Assembly: GCA_027623195.1 (NCBI GenBank)
Contig: JAQBUT010000013.1
Location: 23,062 to 87,061 of the forward strand
Source: Chloroflexota bacterium
GTDB lineage: Bacteria; Chloroflexota; Dehalococcoidia; Lucifugimonadales; JADFKI01
Length of the DNA stretch: 64,000 nt
Reading direction: 5' to 3'
Made by a program: the position numbers and the translations under genes. Below are positions 1-9,592 of the stretch, one piece after another (position 1 is the stretch's first letter; every line of letters begins with the position of its first letter). The notes beneath the pieces are model-generated. The model worked only from the letters and a program-made list of their open reading frames with translations. It was not told the origin of the DNA and made no database searches.

Positions 1-2
1 TG

Positions 3-689
3 GAGGCAGCTATCAAGCCGCCTAACGTGCACTTCACCCGCACAGCCATGATCGGTCTTGAGAATACCCACAACGCCTGTGGAGGCTCCGCCCTGACGCC
101 GGAAGACACCAAGGCCATAGCAGATGTGGCACATCGGCACGAGATTCCGCTGCACGTGGACGGCGCTCGTATATTCAACGCGTCGGTGGCGCTGGAGACG
201 CCAGTGGCCGAGCTGGTCAAGGACGCCGACACGGTCACCTTCTGCCTTTCCAAAGGCCTGAGCTGCCCGATAGGCTCTATCATCGTAGGCAGTTCGCAAT
301 TCATCGACGGAGCGCGCAAGTGGCGCAAGATGGTCGGCGGCGGAATGCGACAGGTGGGCATCGTTGCGGCTGCGGGCATCGTCGCGCTGGACACCATGGT
401 GGATCGCCTCGCCGAGGACCACGCCAACGCACGCAAACTGGCTCAAGGGCTGGCCCAGATTCCTGGCATTTCCATAGAGCCGGACAAGATGTACTCGAAC
501 CTGGTCTTTTTCGATATCAAAGACGGCGACCCGGCGGTGATAATGCAGGAGATCAACAAGCGCGGGGTTAAGGGCGGCATGCCCACTCGGTCCTGGCGTT
601 TCGTGACCCACTACGGCATCACGCCGGACGATATCGACTACACGTTGGAAGTCATGGAGACCGTCATGCGTGATTTTTCCAGAAACTGA
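3..689 (+). CDS. ltaE: Low-specificity L-threonine aldolase (PLP-dependent), 5'-truncated by window edge
   Basis: ENTHN, LHVDGARIFNA, FCLSKGL (PLP Lys) and GGGMRQ motifs. Confidence 0.9.
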   Translation, partial: EAAIKPPNVHFTRTAMIGLENTHNACGGSALTPEDTKAIADVAHRHEIPLHVDGARIFNASVALETPVAELVKDADTVTFCLSKGLSCPIGSIIVGSSQFIDGARKWRKMVGGGMRQVGIVAAAGIVALDTMVDRLAEDHANARKLAQGLAQIPGISIEPDKMYSNLVFFDIKDGDPAVIMQEINKRGVKGGMPTRSWRFVTHYGITPDDIDYTLEVMETVMRDFSRN

Positions 690-715
690 ATCAAACCCAG
701 GGACCACCATTAGGG

Positions 716-756
716 AGAGGCAGGTCAACCTAAACTGACCTGCCTCTTTCCTATTT
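716..756 (+). terminator. Rho-independent terminator
   Basis: 12-bp stem agaggcaggtca/tgacctgcctct followed by T-rich ttcctattt. Confidence 0.7.
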
Positions 757-872
757 CGCCCAATACAATTTCAGGCAAGGTTCGTGGTGAGTGCTGATTT
801 CATCTAGTATCCTCGACGGAGTGGTGACTTGTAGCACCGAATGTCATACGAAGCACATTCCTTAAAGGTTCC

Positions 873-2093
873 ATGCTCTTAGTCTTTCGAAATGCCCGGT
901 TCCGCCTGCTGTGGATAAGCGTAATCATCAACTACGTTGGCCTGATGACGTACTTCACGGTGCACGGTTGGCTTGCCCTTACCGTAAGCGATTCGGCATT
1001 CTGGGTAGGCGCAACTGCTGGAGTTAGCGGGCTGGGACTCATGGGATGCAGCGTCGTATCCGGCGTGCTGGTGGACAGGCTTAACCGCAAGAAGCTGATC
1101 ATTGCCGCGCAGCTAGCTCAGGCCACGATGGCTCTGACCCTGGCGGTTCTGATCTTTACCGATCAGGTGGTGCTTTGGCACGTGATGCTGGTGGCGTTTC
1201 TCGACGGCACCTTCATGGCCATAAAAATCCCGTCGCGGTTTGCGCTGGTTCTGGATGTGGCAGGCCGCGAGAACTTGCTGAAGGGCACTGCCGCCAACTT
1301 CGCCGCCATGACGATGATGGGCATAGCAATTCCGCCTTTGGCCGGGTATATCGTTGGCGCGCACGACATAGCATGGGCCTACGTTATGATGAGCAGCGCC
1401 TTTGTCGTTTCCGCCATCGTCCTGGCGTTCCTTAGCGGCGTCACGCCCATAGTGCGCGCACGCATATCCTCTCCTCTGCAAGACTTGAAGCAGGGCTTTC
1501 GCTACGCCATCACAACGCCCCAGGTGAGGGCTTTGCTACTGCTTACGCTTACGTCTGAAGCCTTCGGGTGGGCCCACGAGACGATGCTGCCTGTCATGGC
1601 GGGCAAGGTGCTGGAGGCTGGACCTCAAGGGCTGGGATACCTGCTGTCAGCAGGCAGCGCGGGCGCGCTGGTCTCCACGCTGACAATGTCCAGCATGGGC
1701 GATATCAAGAATAAGGGCAGGGTGCTGATAGTGGGCTACATGGGATTCGGTTTTTTCTTGATCATGTTCTCCCAGTCGCCCTGGCTACCGCTGTCCATGT
1801 TACTAATCGGTTTGGCCTACGCCAGCGTGGCGGTGTACGAGACGACAGTTAGCACCTTGTTGCAGACCTCAGTCCCCGACGAGATGCGCGGGCGGGTGCT
1901 TAGCTTGCAGTCGCTTACCTGGGGCTTTACAGGCGCGTCAGGATTTCACACCGGAGCCATAGCAGCACTGGTGGGAGCGCCGCTGGCCATCTCCATAGGC
2001 GGTGGCATGCTCATCCTGAACGGCCTGCGTATGGTCCGCGGGATTGCCAGCCGATTCCAAGAGGCGCAGGTGGAGCCAGCGACCGGCGACTGA
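873..2093 (+). CDS. MFS transporter (EntS/MefA-like)
   Basis: About 12 hydrophobic segments; GVLVDRLNRK motif A; PDEMRGRV. Confidence 0.9.
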   Translation: MLLVFRNARFRLLWISVIINYVGLMTYFTVHGWLALTVSDSAFWVGATAGVSGLGLMGCSVVSGVLVDRLNRKKLIIAAQLAQATMALTLAVLIFTDQVVLWHVMLVAFLDGTFMAIKIPSRFALVLDVAGRENLLKGTAANFAAMTMMGIAIPPLAGYIVGAHDIAWAYVMMSSAFVVSAIVLAFLSGVTPIVRARISSPLQDLKQGFRYAITTPQVRALLLLTLTSEAFGWAHETMLPVMAGKVLEAGPQGLGYLLSAGSAGALVSTLTMSSMGDIKNKGRVLIVGYMGFGFFLIMFSQSPWLPLSMLLIGLAYASVAVYETTVSTLLQTSVPDEMRGRVLSLQSLTWGFTGASGFHTGAIAALVGAPLAISIGGGMLILNGLRMVRGIASRFQEAQVEPATGD

Positions 2094-2129
2094 GGCCGCA
2101 GCACTACGATTATACGGACGTACAGAAAA

Positions 2130-2325
2130 CTACTGAGGTACTCGGTCCGCGTTGTTGACGATTACTTCTGATGGGGCTTCTCCGAGGCCCTGCCTCCGCA
2201 TTCAAGGTCAGTGGCTCATCATCTCGCTCATGGCCCTGGTTATAGGGGATGCTTTTCGTCGCTATGGCGACTAGCATTCCACCTAGTATTGCGCCGCCAA
2301 GTACTGATGCAAGATACCTTTTCAT
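2130..2325 (-). other. Small membrane protein gene, apparently frameshifted; candidate UPU selenoprotein or pseudogene
   Basis: ATG at 2325 just downstream of the SHOCT gene; one TM helix; +1 frame after CCCC (2245-2248) reads ITRAMSEMMSH-TGA-P-TGA-MRRQ... Confidence 0.4.
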
Positions 2326-2338
2326 TTCGGGCCTGCCT

Positions 2339-2590
2339 TTATGCGTGCCTGATTCCTCCCCGGAGAGAGTCCTGCAACTCCTCAAACTGCTCGGTGGTAA
2401 TCTCGCCACGAGCAAGTCTTAACCGGAGAATATCCATTGGGGTCTCTCCGGAATCTGGGGGCGTATTCTTGGAGCTAACGAGTTTGGAGACTCCCCATAT
2501 ACCCAGTCCTATTACCGCGACCCAGAACAGCATCATGCCCATGCCAAAAAACGGCATCCACCACTGAAATCCTTGCTGAAAACCCCACAT
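2339..2590 (-). CDS. SHOCT-domain small membrane protein
   Basis: Gly/Met/Trp-rich N-terminus, TM helix, PMDILRLRLARGEITTEQFEE SHOCT signature; AAGGAG RBS. Confidence 0.85.
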   Translation of the reverse strand: MWGFQQGFQWWMPFFGMGMMLFWVAVIGLGIWGVSKLVSSKNTPPDSGETPMDILRLRLARGEITTEQFEELQDSLRGGIRHA

Positions 2591-2697
2591 TACCTGCTCC
2601 TTCGTGCCCTCGGAGTCATATCTGTATCGGAAGTTCGGCCTGTTTTAGACTCCGCCAGATGGCGCATTAGCCTAACATCAATTCTCGTCGGTTTGGT

Positions 2698-2745
2698 ATG
2701 AAGGAATCATGAGGAAACCGACAAATGCATGAAGATGTCGTGAAA
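2698..2745. promoter_or_regulatory. Two pairs of 11-bp-spaced direct repeats (ATGAAG/ATGAGG; ATGAAG/GTGAAA), likely response-regulator sites
   Basis: Copies start at 2698, 2709, 2729 and 2740, upstream of the SHOCT gene. Confidence 0.5.
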
Positions 2746-2759
2746 TTCAGGGAATCAGA

Positions 2760-2858
2760 GGCAAGTTCCTTGAAATGCGCCGCCACTACATAGAGCGCTG
2801 CACCGAACGCTTCGCCCCGCCCATGACCGAAGAGGAGGAGCGAAAGCTTGCGGCGTAG
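2760..2858 (+). pseudogene. Probable 3' remnant of a gene
   Basis: Host-like codon usage, reads GKFLEMRRHYIERCTERFAPPMTEEEERKLAA*; frame is closed upstream at 2730. Confidence 0.35.
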
Positions 2859-2915
2859 GGCTGCACGGGGGCGAAGTGGTCAGTGGTTACACATGATGGC
2901 CGATCGAGGTTGTGT

Positions 2916-3677
2916 TTACTCGCTGCAATCATTGGGCAATAGATAATGTGGCAGAATCGGACTGTTAGCTGTCAGCATGATCGTAGAAAGCCACATCAAA
3001 TGATCAAAGGCAACTGAGTTCGATCGGTATGATTGCCAACCTGGAAGTGCTTCCCCTTGCTCATCGACGAGATGAAGTGTACCGCTACCATCGCCGTAGT
3101 CAATAACAGAGCCCCTGTCCATAACAAAAATTCCATCGAGAATTTCGTTTGAAGAAACGGAATTGTCCGACATGTAGCCTTCAACGGACCCTTTTATCGC
3201 GTCGAGGCTAACCTGAGATTCAAAGGCAAATATGAACCAAGGCGGATGACCTAAGAATCTTGAGCTATCATCGCCATTTGACATCAGTATTCCTGTAAAA
3301 GGAGCGGCCTGTAACTGTTTGAATCGGCGGGATTTATCGATGGATTCGGTCAATTCGGTACTTGTCAAATTTGTCTTAATCTCTCCTGCTGCTGATATGC
3401 CTTCTATGAAGAATAGACCGGGCTGGTCAGGTGTGAACGTAAATGGATGGTCTTCGGTTACGACCACAACGTCGGTTTGTGCCGAAGTATTGCCGTGGCT
3501 GTCGATTATCTCCCCATGGCCAATCTCTAGCCTCCGAGGGAGGTAATCGCGTAAAAATCTGCGAAATGTTTTCTCGACAGATTCTCCTTTGTTTCCGGCA
3601 TGGTTGAAGGTAGCTCGCACCTCTTCGAGCCGGGCCTTCATCTGTTTCTCTACCGCATCTATCTTGTCTTTCATCAT
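2916..3677 (-). CDS. DUF6602-like protein, predicted PD-(D/E)XK nuclease fold
   Basis: HAGNKGESVE...FLRDYLP...GEIID...SAQTDVVV...GEIKT pattern; more AT-rich than neighbours. Confidence 0.7.
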   Translation of the reverse strand: MMKDKIDAVEKQMKARLEEVRATFNHAGNKGESVEKTFRRFLRDYLPRRLEIGHGEIIDSHGNTSAQTDVVVVTEDHPFTFTPDQPGLFFIEGISAAGEIKTNLTSTELTESIDKSRRFKQLQAAPFTGILMSNGDDSSRFLGHPPWFIFAFESQVSLDAIKGSVEGYMSDNSVSSNEILDGIFVMDRGSVIDYGDGSGTLHLVDEQGEALPGWQSYRSNSVAFDHLMWLSTIMLTANSPILPHYLLPNDCSE

Positions 3678-3698
3678 GGGAATACCCTCAATTCATCG

Positions 3699-5033
3699 TT
3701 AGTGGTCTCTATTCCCATCCCCCCACCAGCGCTTCAATCTTTCCGCCACCTCGGGTTCGTAGCCCTGGTCGCCGGGGTTGTAGTAGCGGCGGCCCTTGAT
3801 GCTCTCGGGCAGGTTCTGCATGGGTGCGAAGTTGTCCTCGTAGTCGTGGGAGTACTTGTAGCCGTCGCCGTAGCCCATGTCCTTCATCAGGCCCGTGGGG
3901 GCGTTGCGCAGGTGCATGGGAACCGGGTCGTTGCGCGTCTGCTGCACGTCCTCCATAGCCTTGTTTAGCGCCATGTACGAGGCGTTGCTCTTGGGAGCGG
4001 TGGCCAGGTAAACCGTTGCCTCCGCCAGGGGAATGCGGCCCTCCGGCAGGCCAATCAGGTGGTACGCCTGCTGCGCGGCCATTGCCACCGACAGCGCCCG
4101 AGGGTCCGCCATGCCAACGTCCTCCGCCGCCAGGATGACCAGACGCCGTGCGATGAACATGGGGTCCTCGCCGGCCTCCAGCATGCGTGCCAGGTAGTAG
4201 ACGGCCGCGTCCGGGTCCGAGCCGCGCACCGACTTTATGAAGGCAGATATGGTGTCGTAGTGCTGGTCGCCGCCCTTGTCGTAGCGCAGTGATCGTTGTT
4301 GCATGGCATCCTGTATCACCCCGACCGTGATCTTGCGGACACCCTGGGCGTCGGGATTCGTGGCCGCCGTAGATAGCTCCAGGGCGTTGAGGGCCGTGCG
4401 TGCGTCGCCGTTGGCTAAATTTACGAGAAGGGCTGTGGCATCCTCGTCCAGCAGAGGTTTGAGGTGAGCCAGGCCCCGCTGAGGCGTTGCAACCGCTTGG
4501 GAGATAATCTGAGAAATCTCATCGTCGGTCAGCGATTGCAGGGCGAAGACCCTGGCACGGGACAGCAGGGGAGACACCACCTCGAAGGAGGGGTTCTCAG
4601 TCGTCGCGCCGATGAGCACAAAAGTGCCTTCCTCCACGAAGGGCAGTATCACGTCCTGCTGTGCCTTGTTGAAGCGATGAATCTCGTCAACGAACAGCAC
4701 GGTGCGCTGGCCGTGCATGCCCAGGCGCTCCCGGGCCTCGCCTGCGATGCGTCGTAAGTCGGCCACACCTGACGCCACGCCGCTGACCCTCTCGAACTGG
4801 CTCTTCGTTGCCGTGGCGATGAGGTTGGCCAGCGTAGTCTTCCCCGTGCCCGGAGGCCCCCAGAGGATTATGGAGGGGAGTTGGTCGGACTCGATGCTGC
4901 GTCGCAAGACGGTTTCGGGGCCAATGATGTGCTGCTGCCCCACGTACTCGTCGAAGGTGCTAGGTCGCATCCTGGCAGCCAGAGGGGCCCTGCTCTGCAA
5001 CTCGCGTTGGCTTTGGTGTTCGAAAAGCGTCAT
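3699..5033 (-). CDS. rarA: Replication-associated recombination protein A (RarA/MgsA)
   Basis: APLAARMRP, GPPGTGKTT, FVDEIHRFNKAQQD, GATTENPSF, KSVRGSDPDAA; start placed at MTLFEH. Confidence 0.95.
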   Translation of the reverse strand: MTLFEHQSQRELQSRAPLAARMRPSTFDEYVGQQHIIGPETVLRRSIESDQLPSIILWGPPGTGKTTLANLIATATKSQFERVSGVASGVADLRRIAGEARERLGMHGQRTVLFVDEIHRFNKAQQDVILPFVEEGTFVLIGATTENPSFEVVSPLLSRARVFALQSLTDDEISQIISQAVATPQRGLAHLKPLLDEDATALLVNLANGDARTALNALELSTAATNPDAQGVRKITVGVIQDAMQQRSLRYDKGGDQHYDTISAFIKSVRGSDPDAAVYYLARMLEAGEDPMFIARRLVILAAEDVGMADPRALSVAMAAQQAYHLIGLPEGRIPLAEATVYLATAPKSNASYMALNKAMEDVQQTRNDPVPMHLRNAPTGLMKDMGYGDGYKYSHDYEDNFAPMQNLPESIKGRRYYNPGDQGYEPEVAERLKRWWGDGNRDH

Positions 5034-5149
5034 TTCTGATGTCCTTAATGATATGTCTAACTGACCTGAGTGTAGCGAAAGCGGCGGCATAGGGGTAGGG
5101 GCGGGTTTCGCGGTAGCCTGAACCGTCGCCGTCCCCAGGTTGCAAACGA

Positions 5150-6076
5150 TTACAGTGAGACTACGCTCCTGAAAATCATGACAGAACTCATCAGCGCGAA
5201 CATGAGCAACAGCGCGATTTTTAGCGTGCGCTCGGGGCAGCGGGCCGAGATGTGTGGTGCGATCTGACCGCCTATTATCACGCCAGGAACCGCCAGTATG
5301 ACCAGCGTCCACTCGAAGGCTACGGTGCTGCCAGAGACGCTGGCCACCACCAGATGCGTCAGCGATCCGGCCAGTACTGTCGCCGAGACCACGATTACGG
5401 TTGTGGCTACGGCAACCCTGGCTGGCATGTCGTGCCGAACAATTAGCGTCGTGGTGACTATCGCCCCGACGCCCACGCCTATGAGGCCCACCAGCGCTCC
5501 GCCAGCCCCGGTGTAGGCACGGTCCCGCCAATTGAATCGGGCGAGGTAGCTGTACTTGCGACCGTCCCGGGCCATGATTTCGGAATTCGCATTTTCGCGA
5601 GAAGCTAACGGGGAGGCGACCGTTGAGGCTACGCCGGGGCGATTGATGTTTCGTTCGGTCCCGCGACGAACAATGATCGATCTGAGAACTGTAAACGCCA
5701 GCAGAAGCAGCACCGAGCCGAAGACTATGAAAAGCAGCCATGAAGGGATCAGGAATGACACGGACCTGGCTAAGATGGCGCATGGAATCGTGATGATCAG
5801 CAGCCTCGCCGCCAGACGAAAATCCACCACGCGCTGGCGGACATATCCCATGCTGGCGCTGGCGGTGCCGAAGAACATGATGAGCAGGGAAACGCCGATG
5901 GCTTCGTTGGGCGTTAGCTGAGGGAAGGTGCCGCTTAACGCAGGAAACAGCAGCAGGAAGGCTGGCGCGAACATGACTGCGCCTTCCATGGCCAGTGTGT
6001 TGGCGGTGATAGCGATGCCCAGGGATGCAGGCAGCACCCACCAGATGGCCAGTACGTTCGAGGTAAAATCGCCCAT
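5150..6076 (-). CDS. Sulfite exporter TauE/SafE (TSUP) family protein
   Basis: About 8 TM helices; MEGAVMFAP and GLIGVGVG repeats; GVIIGGQIAP. Confidence 0.8.
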   Translation of the reverse strand: MGDFTSNVLAIWWVLPASLGIAITANTLAMEGAVMFAPAFLLLFPALSGTFPQLTPNEAIGVSLLIMFFGTASASMGYVRQRVVDFRLAARLLIITIPCAILARSVSFLIPSWLLFIVFGSVLLLLAFTVLRSIIVRRGTERNINRPGVASTVASPLASRENANSEIMARDGRKYSYLARFNWRDRAYTGAGGALVGLIGVGVGAIVTTTLIVRHDMPARVAVATTVIVVSATVLAGSLTHLVVASVSGSTVAFEWTLVILAVPGVIIGGQIAPHISARCPERTLKIALLLMFALMSSVMIFRSVVSL

Positions 6077-6235
6077 TGGCGGCTACTGCACTTCATTGGT
6101 TACAGGATTCGATGGACCGACGTCTGCGGCATTATCGACGGTTGAGACCTTCGGGGGCAAGTCTGGCCACGCCGGTGCTCGGCCTATCGGCTCAGATGCG
6201 CCTGTCGAAAAATGGATTCCTTTAGAGGTGGAAGG

Positions 6236-6535
6236 TTATTTGAGGTCCGCGATGGTAACGCCGCCGTTGCCCTCACTGGGTGCCGCCGGATGGTGTCGAA
6301 CGACCAGTGGGTGCTTGGTCAGGAAATCACGGACGGCCTCCCGCATAGTTCCCGTGCCTTTGCCGTGGATGACCCGAACCCAGGGGTAGCCCGCAATCAC
6401 GGCGTCGTTCAGGTACCTGTCCAGCTTTTCCAGGGCCTGGCGAACGGGCATGCGGCGTAGATGAACCTCGGTCTCCACCGAGAGTTGGCTTAGTAAACGG
6501 GACTGTGGCTGGTCTTTCCTTGGCTTGGGATTCAT
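6236..6535 (-). CDS. Stand-alone Smr domain protein (MutS2 C-terminal type)
   Basis: ALEKLDRYLNDA, VIHGKGTG, EGNGGVT; ATGA overlap with selA stop. Confidence 0.85.
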   Translation of the reverse strand: MNPKPRKDQPQSRLLSQLSVETEVHLRRMPVRQALEKLDRYLNDAVIAGYPWVRVIHGKGTGTMREAVRDFLTKHPLVVRHHPAAPSEGNGGVTIADLK

Positions 6536-7935
6536 GAGCCAACCAGCGCATTGGAGACGACCGCAAGCAGGGCGTCTTCCTCCTCGGGCAGGACAGTTCG
6601 AGGGTCTAGCAGCACGCGCTCGTCCTCGATGCGGCCAATTACCGGGGTGTCGCCCTCTCGCAAAGCCTTGGCCAGAGCCTCAGCGCCGCCAGTCCTGTTG
6701 CGACAGTCGATCGCCAACGCCCATGAGTCGATGGTCTCTCCCGGCAGGCTGCCCCCGCCTATGGTGGACATGGCCTTTTCTACGGATGCGGCACCGCCTA
6801 TTCTGGCCTGCCAGCGCTCAGCTTTGGCAGCGGCCTCGCTCTCTGACATGGAGATCATTCGCCAGATGGGCACCTTATCCACTGCCTCGCCCTTGATGTA
6901 GTGGAGGACTGTCGCCGCCAGGGCCGCCATGCTCATCTTGTCGATGCGCACCGCTCGGGCCAGCGGGTGCCGCGCCACGATGTCTATAAGCTCGCGCTTC
7001 CCCGCGATGATGCCCGCCTGAGGGCCACCAAGCAGCTTGTCGCCTGAGAAGAAGCCCAGCCCGACGCCCGCCTGAACGCTCTCCTGGGGCATAGGCTCGT
7101 GGGCAATGCCGTATGCCGCCGTGTCCAGCAGGCAACCGCTGCCAAGGTCGTGCAGCACAGTGACACCACGTTGTGCGCCTAGCTCTACTAACTCGGCTAA
7201 CTCAGGCGCGTGGGTGAAGCCCATGACACGAAAATTGCTTGCGTGAACGGCCAGTATCGCGCCGGTGTTCTCCGTGATTGCAGCCTCGAAGTCGCGGGCG
7301 TAGGTGCGGTTGGTGGTGCCAACCTCGACTAGCGTAGCGCCGCTCTGACGCAGCACGTCCGGAACGCGAAAGCCGCCGCCGATCTCCACAGCCTCGCCCC
7401 GCGAGACTATGACCTCCTTGCCAACGGCCAGCGCCGCCAGCCCCAGCATGAGAGCGGAGGCGTTGTTGTTTACCACTAGGGCTGCCTCGGCGCCCGTGAC
7501 CTCTGCCATCAGGTTGGATATGTGCGCCTGCCGGGAGCCGCGCCTGCCGGTATTCAGGTCCAATTCCAGGTCGCTATAGCCCAGGGCTGCGCGTCGGGCG
7601 GCGTCGGTGGCCTCCTGGCTCAATGGAGCGCGTCCCAGGTTTGTGTGCAGTATGACGCCAGTGGCGTTAATGACGTGGGTGGGCCACTCTCGCCAGTTGG
7701 TCTCGGCGCTCTCCTCGATGGCCTGCACCAGCCTGTCGAAGTCTGGCGCAGCGTACCCATCAAGGATAGTCTGGCGGGCTGCGTCGATTTCCGAGCGCAC
7801 AAGGTCTACCACGACCTTTCGGGAGTATTTTTGGACCAGCATTTCCACGCGGTCGTCGGAGAGGACTTTTTCGACGCTGGGAAGAGACTTAAATTTTGAG
7901 GTCATCTTTTGAGGTCTCGAGCTTTCTGAATTCAT
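6532..7935 (-). CDS. selA: L-seryl-tRNA(Sec) selenium transferase
   Basis: VINATGVILHTNLGRAP, VVNNNA, SRGEAVEIGGGFR, EVGTTNRT, DLGSG, FSGDKLLGGPQAG; AGGGAG RBS before ATG 7935. Confidence 0.96.
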   Translation of the reverse strand: MNSESSRPQKMTSKFKSLPSVEKVLSDDRVEMLVQKYSRKVVVDLVRSEIDAARQTILDGYAAPDFDRLVQAIEESAETNWREWPTHVINATGVILHTNLGRAPLSQEATDAARRAALGYSDLELDLNTGRRGSRQAHISNLMAEVTGAEAALVVNNNASALMLGLAALAVGKEVIVSRGEAVEIGGGFRVPDVLRQSGATLVEVGTTNRTYARDFEAAITENTGAILAVHASNFRVMGFTHAPELAELVELGAQRGVTVLHDLGSGCLLDTAAYGIAHEPMPQESVQAGVGLGFFSGDKLLGGPQAGIIAGKRELIDIVARHPLARAVRIDKMSMAALAATVLHYIKGEAVDKVPIWRMISMSESEAAAKAERWQARIGGAASVEKAMSTIGGGSLPGETIDSWALAIDCRNRTGGAEALAKALREGDTPVIGRIEDERVLLDPRTVLPEEEDALLAVVSNALVGS

Positions 7936-8024
7936 ATTGCTGCTCTCCCTATTATAACCCTGTCTCCTCAATTCACCTTCGCCACTATTTACGTAAGTGA
8001 CCAACAGCGTAAACATCAGTTGTG

Positions 8025-8053
8025 TTGACCCTATTTCGGCTGCTTGATAGAAT
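8025..8053 (+). promoter_or_regulatory. Sigma70-type promoter for the coaE-AAA-Nudix-VWA operon
   Basis: TTGACC-17-TAGAAT with extended TG. Confidence 0.65.
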
Positions 8054-8082
8054 GGGTTGAATTTGCCCAATGACAGGAATTT

Positions 8083-8703
8083 ATGTTCGTAATCGGATTA
8101 ACAGGAGGCATTGGGACAGGCAAAACTCAGGTATCTGAAATGCTGGAGAAGCTGGGTGCGGCCATAGTCAATGCCGACCTTTTGGGTCATCAGGTGTACT
8201 TGCCGCAATCAGAGGGCTGGCGTGAGGTGGTAGACACCTTCGGCCAGGAGATCTTGACCCCCGAGGGTGAGATAGATCGAAGGAAACTGGGGCCCATTGT
8301 TTTTGGCGACCCAGAGGCCCTCAACAAGCTTAACGCCATTACGCATCCTAAAATCCACGGACTGGCTGAGGATAGCCTTAGGAGGCTGGCCGAACAGGGC
8401 AGGGAGGTGGCGGTTCTGGAAGCAGCCCTGCTAATCGAGGCTAAGTGGACAGGCCTGGTGGATGAGGTCTGGGTGACCACCGCCCCAGTGCAGGATGTGG
8501 TCAGGAGAATACAAGAGCGAAACGGCTTGGATGAAGAGGCTATACGCTCTAGAATTTCTTCTCAGATGCCCCAGGAAGAACGAGTAACCCACGCCGACGT
8601 AATCGTAGAGAACGCTGGCGATCTTATCGAGCTAGGGAACAAAATTCAAGAACTGTGGGACCGCAGAGTTGCGACTCATAAGGAGAGTAGACGTAAGAGA
8701 TGA
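8083..8703 (+). CDS. coaE: Dephospho-CoA kinase
   Basis: [30 protein letters not shown]. Confidence 0.95.
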   Translation: MFVIGLTGGIGTGKTQVSEMLEKLGAAIVNADLLGHQVYLPQSEGWREVVDTFGQEILTPEGEIDRRKLGPIVFGDPEALNKLNAITHPKIHGLAEDSLRRLAEQGREVAVLEAALLIEAKWTGLVDEVWVTTAPVQDVVRRIQERNGLDEEAIRSRISSQMPQEERVTHADVIVENAGDLIELGNKIQELWDRRVATHKESRRKR

Positions 8704-9590
8704 CTCAGAGTACGACAACACTTTTTCGCAGCTACCTCATCGAAGAGTATCACCTAACGGAAGAGCCATACTACAAGCCCGTCGGCGACGAGATAGAGCT
8801 TTTCGAGGCTGCATATAAACAGAAGATTCCCCTGATATTTAAGGGCCCCACGGGCTGCGGTAAGACGCGATTCGTAGAATATATGTCCTACAGGTTGGGC
8901 CAGACTTTAACCAAGGTTAAGCAGACTGGAGACGATGGGGCGCCTCGCGCCGGTAACATACCGCTGGTCACCATTGCCTGCCACGAAGACCTGACTTCCA
9001 GCGACCTCGTGGGCCGTTACCTGTTGGAGGGCGACTCCACAGTATGGATCGACGGGCCACTAACGCGTGCGGTCAAGGTTGGCGGCATCTGCTACCTGGA
9101 TGAAATTGTAGAGGCCAGGAAGGACACCACCGTCCTGATCCACCCTCTAACGGACCACAGGCGCATTCTTCCCGTGGAGAAGAAAGGGGAGTTGCTGGAG
9201 GCCGCTGAAGGCTTCCTGCTGATTCTGTCTTATAACCCTGGTTACCAGAGCGCACTGAAGGACCTGAAGCACAGCACGCGCCAGCGTTTCGTTTCCATTG
9301 AGTTCGACTACCCGCCCCGAGATATCGAGGCGGAGATCGTCGAGCACGAGTCTGGCGTGGACAAAGACATGGCTATGCAACTAGCCAAGCTGGGCGAGAA
9401 GGTGCGTAACCTTAGAGAGCATGGTCTCGGCGAGGGCGCCAGCACGCGCCTGCTTATCTACGCGGGCAAGCTCATCTCACAGGGCATTGCCCCACGGCGG
9501 GCCTGCCAGGTGGCCGTGAACTGGGCAGTGACCGACGATCCTTCCGTACAGAAGAGCATCGAAGAGTTGATCGGCAGTATTTTCGAATAA
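8700..9590 (+). CDS. CbbQ/NirQ/NorQ-type MoxR AAA+ ATPase
   Basis: [61 protein letters not shown]. Confidence 0.93.
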   Translation: MTQSTTTLFRSYLIEEYHLTEEPYYKPVGDEIELFEAAYKQKIPLIFKGPTGCGKTRFVEYMSYRLGQTLTKVKQTGDDGAPRAGNIPLVTIACHEDLTSSDLVGRYLLEGDSTVWIDGPLTRAVKVGGICYLDEIVEARKDTTVLIHPLTDHRRILPVEKKGELLEAAEGFLLILSYNPGYQSALKDLKHSTRQRFVSIEFDYPPRDIEAEIVEHESGVDKDMAMQLAKLGEKVRNLREHGLGEGASTRLLIYAGKLISQGIAPRRACQVAVNWAVTDDPSVQKSIEELIGSIFE

Positions 9591-9592
9591 GA

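Noticed and set aside
5034..6041. Apparent 335-aa N-terminal extension of RarA (780-aa ORF)
   Set aside because: It overlaps the TauE gene in another frame and is Arg/His-rich and non-protein-like; RarA homology begins at MTLFEH (5033).
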